The notes beneath the pieces were generated by a model. It was not told the origin of the DNA. It ran no database searches and saw nothing but the letters and a program-made list of their open reading frames with translations. The translations under genes and the position numbers were made by a program. A stretch of 63,947 nt of DNA, the filler included. It is 9 parts of 9 records of this genome, joined end to end, with 100 filler letters (N's around TTAATTAATTAA, not from the genome) between each part and the next. Parts side by side here need not be neighbours in the genome. Positions count along the whole stretch, not along the records: positions 18,571 to 25,246 come from SRR31147125_58140; positions 25,347 to 30,789 come from SRR31147125_58170; positions 30,890 to 36,761 come from SRR31147125_58218; 6 more parts are not named here. The stretch is one strand, 5' to 3'. The stretch's first letter is position 1. Each line of letters starts with the position of its first letter. Shown here piece by piece: positions 22,059-32,329 of this stretch.

Positions 22059-22472
22059 TTACAGGGCTTTGTCCCGGGGCATATAGAATTTAATATCAAT
22101 GACCGGTGTGCCGTCCAGGGCTTCCATGGGTTCAACCACAAGGCTTTCTTCATCCATCTCCTTTACCCTGACCTCATGGAGGCCGATGGGGTTGGGCCGG
22201 TTTGGGGACCGGGTCAGGAAAACACCGGTCAATGGGTTGTCCCGGTTGCCCCGGGGATGAACCCTGAGGGTGTCCCGGTCTGCCCTGTGGAACCAGGTCA
22301 GGACCACCAGTCTTGCGCCGGGTTTCACCCTTTCCATGGCCTCCCTGAAGGGGGCAAATATTTTAATCCGGGCCCCAGGCGCCCCTTCCCGTCCCTGGAG
22401 GGGGCAATCGTCAAGGGTTTTTAACGGGGATTCAATTGTTCCGATATAGGTCAGACTGGCATGGGTTTCCAT
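22059..22472 (-). CDS. tsaA: tRNA m6t6A37 methyltransferase, short single-domain form
   Basis: IGTIESP, GVFLTRSPNRPNPIGL, LDGTPVIDIK; SD AAGGAG before ATG 22472. Confidence 0.9.
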   Translation of the reverse strand: METHASLTYIGTIESPLKTLDDCPLQGREGAPGARIKIFAPFREAMERVKPGARLVVLTWFHRADRDTLRVHPRGNRDNPLTGVFLTRSPNRPNPIGLHEVRVKEMDEESLVVEPMEALDGTPVIDIKFYMPRDKAL

Positions 22473-22678
22473 GGAACTCCTTTCGTGATTTTTATTTTCA
22501 TTTCTTTTATAATAATAAGCCGCCAAATCATATGGCTTTTTCAGGAAAAAAGGTGTATCTGCAGATACCAATTTGCAGATATTGAATAAAAATTAACAAG
22601 GGTTTACTCCCAATTGCTATTAAAACAGAAACAAGACTTTAAGGGGGCTTCAAGAGAGGCGCTGGCCCGGCGCCCCCC

Positions 22679-25246
22679 ATGAATTTGGTCCCATGGCTCA
22701 TGATCCTGGCCCTTTTTTGTTTTTCCACGGCGGCTCAGGCCAATGAAGCCTCCCGGATTAGCCAATCTGCCACCATTCCTGAACGGCTTAAAATCGCGGC
22801 CAGCATAGATAATATGCCTTTCCATTTTGCCGATGAAAAGGGCAGGGCCGTGGGGATGTTCATTGACCTTTGGACCCTCTGGTCAAAAAAAACAGGGGTG
22901 GATGTTGAATTTATCCCTGTGCCCTGGGCCCAGAGTCTGGAGATGGTTAAGACCGGCAAGGCCCATATCCATGCCGGCTGTTTTTTTTCGCCCCAAAGGG
23001 ACCGATACCTCGATTATGCCAATGAACTCCGGGACTGCCAGACTCATTTTTTCTTCCATGATTCCATTTACGGGCTAAAGGATCTTTCAGACCTCAAGGG
23101 CTTTGTCATCGGGGTGCTGGACAAGGATTACGCTGTGGAATTTGTCCGCAGACAGATGCCGGGCGCCGTTCTCAAGATTTACCAGAGCCACCAGGCCCTT
23201 TTCCAGGGGGTTGAAAAGGGGGAAATCAAGGTATTCATCTGTGATACGCCCACAGCCCTTTATTTTCTGACCAAAAGCCGGCTGATCCTCAGGTTCCGGT
23301 ACCACGCCTCCAGGCCCCTGTATCAAAAGCCGTTTTTTGCGGCGGTCCAGGAGGGGAATACCCCCTTGAAACGCCTGATCAGCCAGGGGCTTTCAGCCGT
23401 GACCCGGGAGGAGCGGGCCGCCATTGAACGCAAATGGATGGGGAAGGCGCCCATTCAGCCCAGGGAACAGATCATCATCGGGGTGGACCAGTCTTTTCCC
23501 CCATTCAGCATGCGGTCCGCCAGCGGGGCGCCATCAGGCCTGTGGGTGGATAATTGGAAGGCCTGGGCCAAGAAGAACGGCAGGGAGGCTGTGATACGCC
23601 TCTATGACCGTAAAGAAGCGGTATATGCACTCAAGGACGGGATCATCGACATCCTTTTCACCACGCCCCCCAGGGCCGAGACCCAGGGCTGGACCGGACT
23701 GTGCAGCCCCCATTACCGCCAGGACTGGTATCTGTACCGGCCCAGGGCCGGCAATGACCCTGATCTTTTTGCCTATGACAGAAAGGCGGGGTTCAGGGAC
23801 CGGACCATCGGGGTTTTGACCCATACAAGGATAGGGGAATGGCTGGAACACCAGCCCCCGAAACCTGTGATTATGGGGTTTAACACCACGGAACAGATGA
23901 TCCTTGCCGCCGGGGAAGGGAAAATCCACGGATTTTTGACCACCCCCCAGGAAATGGCTGTGCTTCCCGGGCAGATGGGGGTGGCAGGCAGTTTTGCCAG
24001 AAGCCGTATGCCCCTGGTCCGGCTTAAGGTCAGCCCCCTGGTCAGAAACCATAACCCGGGCCTGGTTCAGACCGTGGACGACGGGTTTAAACGGATGTCC
24101 CAGGCTGAAAAGGCCCGGATCGAGGCCAAGTGGATTTCCGATCCCCTTTTACGGATATACGGGCCGGACAATGCAGGGATTCAATTGTCCCATGAAGAAG
24201 ACGCCTGGCTGACCGACCATAAGCTGTCAGGCATTCCCATCCGCTTTGGGGTTGATCCGGCACGCCCCCCTTTGAGTTCATGGGGGAGGACAACACCTTC
24301 CAGGGCATGGCTTCGGACCTGGTGGATCTGCTTAAAAAACGGCTGGGTCTGGCCGTGGAAATCATCCCCGGGGCGGCCGGAGCTGACCTTGGCATTTGTA
24401 CACCATCCGTTGACCCTGAAAATCCCAGAATGATCAATACCCGGCCTTTTCTGACTTTTCCCATGGTCATCATCACCGCCTCCCAGGCCCCCCTGATCAC
24501 AGGACTCATGGATATGAACGGAAAACGCCTGGCCTGTATCCGGGAGGATCATGCCTTTGACCTGGTAAAAAAAGAATGGTCCGGTATTGAACTTGTGGGT
24601 GTGGCCAATGTCCAGGAGGGCCTGAAGGCGGTTATCGACGGCCGGGCGGACGGTTATCTGGGAAATCTGGCCCTGGCCGGATACCAGATCCAGGCCCACA
24701 ATTATACCCAGCTCAAGGTGGCGGCAGCCGCGGCTCTGGAGAACAGCAGCCTGGCCTTTGCCGTCAGAAAAGACTGGCCCCACCTGGTTTCTATCCTCAA
24801 TAAGGGGATTGACGCCATTACAGCCAAAGAGCTGGATCATATCCGCCAAAAATGGTTTACGGTCAGGCTGGACCAGGGGCCGGACCTGGCCTTTATCCGC
24901 TCCATGGCCCGGCGCATCTCCTTTGGGGTTGTCCTGGTTTTCGGGGTGATCCTCTTTTGGAACTGGATGATCCGCCGGAGGGAAGAACGGTTTCGCTGCC
25001 TGACCGAACACGGCACCGATATTATCCAGGCCTTTACCCCGGGGGGCAAACTGGTCTATGTCAGCCCCTCCCATACCCGGGTGCTGGGATACGCCATGGG
25101 TGAGATCAAAAAGAAAACAGTGTTTGATCTTATCCACCCCGAGGATGTGGACGGGTTCCGGGGAATGCTCAGGGGGCTGCCAGAAGAGGGTGGACCGACC
25201 ACCTGGGTATATCGGATCCGGCATTTTTCCGGCCATGACCTTTTTT
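22679..25246 (+). CDS. Membrane sensor with three periplasmic SBP_bac_3-like domains, TM and PAS; frameshift near 24270; truncated
   Basis: Repeated P.F...G...G..D modules, WN...R TM exit, PAS (YVSPS...LGY...IHPED). Confidence 0.85.
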
Positions 25247-25346
25247 NNNNNNNNNNNNNNNNNNNNNNNNNNNNNNNNNNNNNNNNNNNNTTAATTAATT
25301 AANNNNNNNNNNNNNNNNNNNNNNNNNNNNNNNNNNNNNNNNNNNN
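25247..25346. other. Artificial contig spacer
   Basis: N-run/TTAATTAATTAA/N-run. Confidence 0.97.
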
Positions 25347-25707
25347 AAAAATAAATATCCAAAAGCCCTCTTAGTTTATCCATAAAATCCGTTTGCTTTT
25401 TGTAGATAATAGGCGATGAAAACGACTCCAATAAAGTTGGATTGCTCTTTCTGTAAAGATTTAAAGCCTTCCTTATATCCCAGCCATTTATGTCTAATAA
25501 ATCATTTATGGGCAGCTCGATAACATCACGTTTTCTCTCTATTGATAAATACCACTCAGGCATGTGTATATAAATAAACCTAACGTCATAATCGCTGTCA
25601 GTGGATTCAAATCCCCAGCCCCTGCTGCCTGACTCCACCGCATACAGAATTTTGACATCGTGCTTTTTCTCTATCTCTTTTAGCTTTGCATTTATTATGT
25701 CTTTCAT
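25347..25707 (-). CDS. Pol-beta-fold nucleotidyltransferase (Nuc-transf/RlaP/YcgL-like), truncated; in frame with the upstream WYL ORF
   Basis: ILYAVESGSRGWGFESTDSDYDVRFIY...DINGWDIRKAL...SNPTLLE...SPIIY; internal ATG at 25707 with AAGGAG 13 nt upstream. Confidence 0.9.
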
Positions 25708-26697
25708 CGTTGGTTTTCCGCTCCTTGATTGATATTCTGCTAACATCTCCATCTGTCTGTCTATTCTTTCGATGTATTGTTCCTTAAAGCTTTCTGGACC
25801 TAACACCTTAATTGCAGGGCCAAATGACAGCATAATAATTAATAGCTCCTGCAAACTATCCTCATCACAGTATATTTTCATGGTGCATTTGCCGGTTTCT
25901 TTGTTGAATGTAGACGTACGCTTATAGTTGGAGAGTCCTATAAAAATCCTCTCGATGCCGTTTCTAAAATTGGCTACCTCTATTTCAACAGGGGTTGTCC
26001 TTTTCTTTTCGATATAATACTCTGCATCAACTTCAAAAGTATCATCCAGTGGTATTACCTGAATAATTCTATTAATATTTAGCTTGATGTATTTATATAT
26101 CTTTCCCATACGACTGACACCGCACAGCCTGAATCTATCCTCACGCAAACTGTATTCGATTTTATAGGGTGCAATGTTTATAGTTCTGCGTCTATTTTTT
26201 GAATTATCAAAAACAACCTTTAGGCAACTATTTGCTTTTATTGCTTTTAAAACAACCTTGAAATTATCTATATATTTGGGGTTGTCATACTTATCCGAAG
26301 CTTTTGAAATGCCTACATTTAATATATGTTCATCTTTATATATCGGCTCAATATCCTTTAAAGAACATAGCAAATTCTTTAATTCATCATCGTCCAAAAA
26401 TAGCCTGATTCTTTTATCCAAAAGCATAGTTTTAATTACAGATAATTGCGTAGAAGTTGAATATTCAGCTATTGAGGTTTTCAATACACTATTGTATTCA
26501 TCATCTGATTTTACAAGCAGATTATATCCTGTGCCGTCCTGTGCTGTCGCCTTAGGTGAAAAATATATATTGCTCTCTGCAAATCCATATTCATTTACAA
26601 TGTCCAAAATATCTTTTTGGCTTACTCCATCGCATTCTGCCTTTTTTAATATCTGTTCCATCATAAGATAGTAAAGCCCGTAAATTTCATTATACAT
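25708..26697 (-). CDS. WYL-domain protein 2 (reads through into the nucleotidyltransferase without a stop)
   Basis: ATG 26697 overlaps the WYL1 stop; LKAIKAN..LKVVF...IAPYKIEYSLREDRFRL...LNINRI; WCX-like end LSFGPAIKVLGPESFK. Confidence 0.85.
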
Positions 26698-27916
26698 CTG
26701 CTTCACCTCTGTACTTTACCATCATGGATTTTACATCTCTTTTAAACTGGCGAACAACCGCCATTTCACTGCCCTCAATGGATATTATCCTTCCTATAAA
26801 CGTGCGCAGCCAAGGCAGCATCTCCACCGTATCGGGGATAAAAATGCTGTACTCAAATATGTTAGTATCAAGTTTTGTTATTTTGCCGTGCATGCCTTCC
26901 CGCTCGATTCTCTCTAAAACATATTTTTCTTTTTCTTCATCAATTGCTAGCACCATCCGTACATTATTGATGACCTGCTTTTTGGGCGTAATAGCAAAAG
27001 AGTTTTTCATTCGATCGTCGTACTCGTCTGATACCTTTTTGTGTTCATTGTATATGCCTGTCACTTCAACTGACTGAATATTATCTATGCGGATTGTACT
27101 GTATTTATGTATTCGCTTGTTATATGCTGCAAGATATCTTCTGCCTGTCCTTAGGTTATTTACAATCTTTATTGGCACAACATCCTTAGCACAGATTTTT
27201 CTCCATCTGGTTATGCTATTTACAGTTAATATGTTTTCATTTTTTATCGCATCAAAAAGCTGAATAGCAATTTCATCATCCAATGTCTGCGCAAAATAAA
27301 TATTCTTATATATAAATTCGCTTTTATGATTTCTTAAATATGGGGATAATAAAAATCCTCCGGTTAAAACATTCTGATAAAAAGACATCGCATCCAATAG
27401 ATTTTTAGATGGTATAATTGTATTCTCTTTCAGACAATAATATAATGTTTTGCCTTTTTTCTCGGTACAGAATATTCCTAAGCTAACGTACTCATTCAGC
27501 TTATTTCGGATAGTCATATTATCTATTTGAATTGGCTTATCCAGTAGCAATAAATATTCGTTAGAAATTATATCTGCAATCTCGGTAATGCTTAGTGTAC
27601 TATCTTTTAAAATATCCATTAAAACAAAGTGCAGAAATATATCATTTTTGGTGAAAGATTTGGTTTGCCACACCTTAAAAAGCGGATTAACCGTCTTTGC
27701 GATAGTATCCGATATAATAGAAATAGTTTTTCCATTTTTGTCTTGGGATTCGATAATATAATCCTGCAGATAGCTTTGTATTCTGCGGCGTTCGTTATCG
27801 TATGTCCCGGACGATACTTTAAAATCATCCTTCCTTTTAAATCCGAATACATAAAAATCTCTTACTAGTTTTTTAATCTTATCTATATTTTTTATCAGTT
27901 CTGTATATCCCGGCAA
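26690..27916 (-). CDS. WYL-domain protein 1 with N-terminal wHTH-like regions
   Basis: TIRNKLNEYVSLGI (HTH), DAIKN...VVPIKI...GRRYLAAY...IRIDNIQSV (WYL), PWLRTFIGRI (WCX-like). Confidence 0.88.
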   Translation of the reverse strand: MPGYTELIKNIDKIKKLVRDFYVFGFKRKDDFKVSSGTYDNERRRIQSYLQDYIIESQDKNGKTISIISDTIAKTVNPLFKVWQTKSFTKNDIFLHFVLMDILKDSTLSITEIADIISNEYLLLLDKPIQIDNMTIRNKLNEYVSLGIFCTEKKGKTLYYCLKENTIIPSKNLLDAMSFYQNVLTGGFLLSPYLRNHKSEFIYKNIYFAQTLDDEIAIQLFDAIKNENILTVNSITRWRKICAKDVVPIKIVNNLRTGRRYLAAYNKRIHKYSTIRIDNIQSVEVTGIYNEHKKVSDEYDDRMKNSFAITPKKQVINNVRMVLAIDEEKEKYVLERIEREGMHGKITKLDTNIFEYSIFIPDTVEMLPWLRTFIGRIISIEGSEMAVVRQFKRDVKSMMVKYRGEADV

Positions 27917-27952
27917 AGTGCTTTCCCCCTTGAAATATTATATCTTTTTTAG

Positions 27953-27989
27953 AAAAAAGTAGCAAACTAATTTTCTCGCATACTTTTTT
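27953..27989. promoter_or_regulatory. Inverted repeat in the divergent WYL/rtcB intergenic region; candidate operator
   Basis: AAAAAAGTA-N19-TACTTTTTT; AT-rich, so a chance match is possible. Confidence 0.35.
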
Positions 27990-28059
27990 TAATGATATTA
28001 TTCCTATACTCATATATACTTGCATTATAAGATAAGAAAATATGAAAGAGGAAAGAAAA

Positions 28060-29292
28060 ATGTATGTAGTATTCGACAAAGATAAACAACGAGTACCAAT
28101 TAAGATTTGGACTAAGGAAAATCAAATAGAAGATAGCTGCATGGAGCAGGCAATGAATTTATCTAATCTTCCGTTTTTACATAAATGGGTTGCCCTAATG
28201 CCCGATACTCATACAGGTATGGGGATGCCAATCGGCGGCGTTATTGCATCCGACGGCGTTATTATTCCTAATGCAGTTGGTTCAGATATCGGCTGTGGCA
28301 TGGCATATGTGCAGACAGATATTAAAGCCGAAGAACTAATAGAAACCCAAACAGCTTCAGGTTCTCTGCTACAGTCCTTAATCGGCGATATACTTAGAAA
28401 TATTCCTGTTGGATTTTCTAGACACAAGGAAAAACAGGAGTCAAAAGTTGTCGATGAAGCTATTGCTAATCCTGAAAAATATACGTTTGCACCAGAGTTA
28501 AGAGATGAATTCCAAAACGTCTATCATCAGGTCGGTACACTTGGCGGCGGAAATCATTTTATCGAGGTTCAAGAAGATGCAGACGGCTATGTTGGAATAA
28601 TGCTGCATAGCGGCTCTCGCAACATCGGCGCAAAGGTGTGTAATTATTTTCATAAAGTCGCTCGCGAACTAAATACAAGATGGTTTAGCCAAGTTCCTGA
28701 TTATTTTAGACTAGCATTTTTGCCTGCTGATACAGCAGAAGGGAAAGCATACATTAACTTTATGCAGTTTTGTTTGGATTTTGCCCATGAGAATCGAGAC
28801 AAAATGATGGAGGAAGTACAGCGAACATTTGCTAAGTTGGTTGAAAAGCATCTTGATAAGACTCCTGAATACACAGACTATATCAACTGTCATCATAACT
28901 ACGCAGCACTTGAGCATCACTACGGCAGGAATGTATGGGTGCACCGAAAAGGTGCTATCCGTGCCCGTGAAGGCGAAATAGGCATTATCCCCGGGGCAAT
29001 GGGTTCAAACAGCTATATTGTAAAAGGCAAAGGCTGCGAGGAAAGCTTTATGTCCTGTTCACATGGTGCAGGCAGGAGACTTTCAAGAACCAAGGCAAAA
29101 GAGACCTTTTCTGTTGAACAGGTAATGACTGATATCAAGTCATCTGGAATGGTTCTAGGCAAGCGCAGTAAAAAGGACGTTGCTGAAGAATACCGTCTAT
29201 CCTATAAGGATATCGATGAGGTCTTAGAAAATGAAAAGGATTTAGTTGAACCTATTAAAAAGCTGAAGACTTTGGGGGTAGTAAAAGGTTAA
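28060..29292 (+). CDS. rtcB: RNA 3'-phosphate/5'-OH ligase RtcB
   Basis: MPDTH.G.G.PIG, VGSDIGCG, GTLGGGNHFIE, HSGSR, CHHNY, HRKGA, PGAMG, SHGAGR, YK. ATG at 28060 follows AAGAGG (the track uses 28042). Confidence 0.97.
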   Translation: MYVVFDKDKQRVPIKIWTKENQIEDSCMEQAMNLSNLPFLHKWVALMPDTHTGMGMPIGGVIASDGVIIPNAVGSDIGCGMAYVQTDIKAEELIETQTASGSLLQSLIGDILRNIPVGFSRHKEKQESKVVDEAIANPEKYTFAPELRDEFQNVYHQVGTLGGGNHFIEVQEDADGYVGIMLHSGSRNIGAKVCNYFHKVARELNTRWFSQVPDYFRLAFLPADTAEGKAYINFMQFCLDFAHENRDKMMEEVQRTFAKLVEKHLDKTPEYTDYINCHHNYAALEHHYGRNVWVHRKGAIRAREGEIGIIPGAMGSNSYIVKGKGCEESFMSCSHGAGRRLSRTKAKETFSVEQVMTDIKSSGMVLGKRSKKDVAEEYRLSYKDIDEVLENEKDLVEPIKKLKTLGVVKG

Positions 29293-29295
29293 TGT

Positions 29296-29321
29296 TAAAG
29301 CCTCCAATGGATGGCTTTAAA
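29296..29321 (+). terminator. Hairpin directly after the rtcB stop
   Basis: TTAAAGCC-TCCAATGGAT-GGCTTTAA; no strong U-tract. Confidence 0.45.
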
Positions 29322-29514
29322 TACATCTAAATATAACTACTCAATCTGCCTTAAAATCGTAATCAACTCCAAAGTTAATAGACTATGAAAATACTAACAA
29401 AGGAGAGCGGATAAGAAAGTTATATTATACAGAGAAACTTTGTGGAAGCATAAACTAGGTACAAGACAACCTTTGGATACAATTAGAACTAATTATATTG
29501 TTTCTGGTGTAATT

Positions 29515-29543
29515 TTGAGCCGTAGTGGGGTTTGTGGTATAAT
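29515..29543 (+). promoter_or_regulatory. SigA-type promoter with extended -10
   Basis: TTGAGC-N17-TATAAT with TGn; SD GGGAGG before ATG 29576. Confidence 0.65.
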
Positions 29544-29575
29544 TACAAAAATATCATAATTTTGGGAGGTTAAGA

Positions 29576-30424
29576 ATGGAAAATAAAAAAATTATACGCA
29601 AAAAGGGATTAATAGTTTTAATAACTGCCGTCTGTTTAATAATTATAGCTATCGTTGTGATGCTGACAATCAATCAAAGCAACAAAGTCGTAATAAACAG
29701 CGACAAAACCGAAGAGCCTAAACAAGAGGAGACTAAAGAAACCGATGAGCCTGAAGAGCCTAAACAAGAGGAAACTAAAGAAACCGATGAGCCTGTGGAT
29801 GATGAAAAAGAATTCCAAAAGGTATTCCGATACTATTTCGATAATGCTTCTCAAGAGGATTATGCGGGGCTGCTATATGATTATTATGAGGAGAATGATA
29901 TATCTTTTGGAATGATACAATTAGACTACCTAGTCAGAACCAATATAATGGATCAAAGTACAGAAGGTGCATATGCTCTAGGAGATAATATGAAGGGGGA
30001 TTTAGGCAAGTTATTTACAGGAATTTCAGCACTGAAAAAAGACGATACCTTTGCCTATATTATACTATTAGATGCGAGAAGTGACGAGGAACATCTGGAG
30101 GAGGAACTGCAGTTTTTAGAGATGTCCGGATACTCCTATGTAGGTACAATAGATGATGACGGTAATATGACCGATAGCTTCGTAGAGAGTACATTAGAAG
30201 AAGTAGACAGAACATATGCAGATGCAAACCAGCTAAAACTATATGATAATGATGATAACATTATACACCGCATGGAGATAGATGGTCTGGAGTTTTATGT
30301 TTATGCATTTACAGTGAACGAAGGCGACCATGAATTTAAACTGATTGCAACATACATGGACGAGACCATTACACTAATGACATATGAAGACATTGAGACG
30401 TTTGATTTCGTAGAAGGTAACTAA
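29576..30424 (+). CDS. Membrane-anchored acidic hypothetical protein
   Basis: Basic N-terminus, single TM, E/K/P linker, acidic globular domain. Confidence 0.8.
   Translation: MENKKIIRKKGLIVLITAVCLIIIAIVVMLTINQSNKVVINSDKTEEPKQEETKETDEPEEPKQEETKETDEPVDDEKEFQKVFRYYFDNASQEDYAGLLYDYYEENDISFGMIQLDYLVRTNIMDQSTEGAYALGDNMKGDLGKLFTGISALKKDDTFAYIILLDARSDEEHLEEELQFLEMSGYSYVGTIDDDGNMTDSFVESTLEEVDRTYADANQLKLYDNDDNIIHRMEIDGLEFYVYAFTVNEGDHEFKLIATYMDETITLMTYEDIETFDFVEGN
29711..29794 (+). repeat. Two tandem copies of a 42-bp coding repeat
   Basis: GAAGAGCCTAAACAAGAGGARACTAAAGAAACCGATGAGCCT x2 with one synonymous difference, encoding EEPKQEETKETDEP. Confidence 0.9.
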
Positions 30425-30579
30425 TATAGAAAATCCTAAATGTACGATTTTGCTGCAAGTGATTTTGCAAATGAAAGTGTATCTCGTCGGTTTTGTCCAC
30501 ATCTCTCTAAAAACATCATATTAATGCGATATGAAAACATCAATATCCGAAGTTTCCGATGCATCGCTCTTTATATTCA

Positions 30580-30789
30580 GAATAGGGTATTATGTATTCA
30601 CTTTTTTAATTGGACGAGCATTACCCTATTTCTTTGCATAAAATTATTGATGATACCGACCCCCACTATCCAAGCAATCGTGTAGCTGTTAATTTCAATT
30701 CCAAGCTGCTTGATGATTTTATGACTGAATGGCTAAAGAAGAAATGGGAACTTAAAGAAGGTCACATTACTCTGGAAGAATATATGGAG
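30580..30789 (+). pseudogene. Remnant resembling the C-terminal part of clostridial XRE-family regulators
   Basis: MYSLF-(shift)-LDEHYP...LDDFMTEWLKKKWELKEGHITLEEYME; no HTH or start found upstream. Family assignment is from recall. Confidence 0.4.
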
Positions 30790-30889
30790 NNNNNNNNNNN
30801 NNNNNNNNNNNNNNNNNNNNNNNNNNNNNNNNNTTAATTAATTAANNNNNNNNNNNNNNNNNNNNNNNNNNNNNNNNNNNNNNNNNNNN
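30790..30889. other. Artificial contig spacer
   Basis: N-run/TTAATTAATTAA/N-run. Confidence 0.97.
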
Positions 30890-32058
30890 GCGCAGATCGC
30901 AAGCGAGCCGGCCAGAAAAGCGACCCCCGTGAATTTCATGCTTTTCAAAAGACCCCCCAAACGGTCGATGGATGGGGTCCCGGTGCCGTGAAGAACCGAG
31001 CCCGCTCCCATAAAGAGGAGGCTCTTGAAAAGGGAGTGATTTAGGACATGGAGGAATGTGCCGGTAAAGCACCAGAAAGCCAAAGTGGATCTTCCTGAGG
31101 CGGCGCCAAGCATGCCCATACCCATGCCGATCAAGATAATCCCAATATTTTCGATGCTGGAATAAGCCAGCATTCGCTTGATGTTGTTCTGCCCGAGGGC
31201 ATAAATAATTCCCAGGATCCCGGAAACAACCCCGAAGCAGAGGACAATCTGCCCGTAAACGGCGGTTTTGGTCTCCAGCAGGAAATAAAATCTGAGAATG
31301 CCGTAAATGCCCATTTTAATCATGACACCCGACATGAAAGCGGAGATGTGACTGGGCGCAGCGGTGTGGGCGTAGGGTAACCAAATGTGGAAAGGGAAAA
31401 TACCGGCTTTCGACCCAAATCCGATAAAGGACAAAAGGAAGACGATGAGTTTGAATTCAGCGCTCAGACCGGAGGCCGCGGCAAGGTTCAAGCTTCCTGT
31501 CTGGGCATAAAGAACACCGAAAGCAGCAAAGAGAAACATCGCCCCGGCTTGGGTGAAAATAAAAAAGATATAGCCCGCCTGGCGGTTTTCCTTCTGTTCG
31601 TAGTCATACAAAACCAGAAAACAGGAGGCAATGGACATGAATTCCCAGGCCAAAGCCAGGGAGATGATGTTGTCGGCACAGACGACGAGTCCCATTGCGG
31701 CGATCAGGAGACTGAAGAAGAAATAATTGACCCCGGTGCGCAATCCCCGGCGCGGATTATCCAGATAATCGAAACTGTAAAGTGCAGCAAAAAAAGCGAT
31801 TATAAAAACGGGAATCAGGAAAAAGGCCGACAGGGAATCCATCCGGAAAGAGAGGGGAATCCTCTCCAGCCATAACCATTCGGCAGCCGCAGGTTGCTGC
31901 AGGGCGAAACTTTTTAAAACTGCTGCGAGACCTGCGATGCTTCCAGCGGCGATAGCAATTACCGGCAGCATTCTGGCCAGACGTGATGTTTTATGAAACA
32001 CCAATGCAGCTACGCCGCCTGAAACGATAAAAATGAGAGAACAAAAAAACGGGTTCAT
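30890..32058 (-). CDS. HyfB/NuoL-like proton-translocating membrane subunit (truncated)
   Basis: AWEFMS, GFGSKAGIFPFHIWLPYAH.AAPSHISAFMSGVMIKMGIYG, LAYSSIENIG, HSLFKSLLF. Confidence 0.9.
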
Positions 32059-32329
32059 GTGTCTTTAGAAAAATGCTTGAAAATGAGGAGAAATCTATTT
32101 TTGAAAAAGCTATCAGGTCGTGACTTTGTGTCGTGCCAAAGCGTTTTTCCCGTGAATGCAGTGATGTTTGAAAATCGTTCGCGATAATAATAAAATTGTG
32201 GGTAAAAAGCCAGAAATTATTCCTTTTTCAAAGGTGTCAGGGCAACTGAACGTGTCGCCATGACGGAAAAAAAGTTAGTAAGCTCCTTATTTAAAAACTG
32301 AAATATATATCGGAAAGGGGACCATCGAC

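Noticed and set aside
25246-25347. Functional link between the multi-SBP sensor and the WYL/RtcB module
   Set aside because: They are on different contigs and apparently from different phyla.
29322-29514. Y-RNA or tRNA-like ncRNA, or small ORF (MKILTKESG*), downstream of rtcB
   Set aside because: No cloverleaf, T-arm or long stem seen; the 9-codon ORF has no RBS.
32120-32140. Sigma-54 promoter upstream of the hyfB-like gene
   Set aside because: TGGCACG is present on the minus strand but there is no TTGC at the -12 position.
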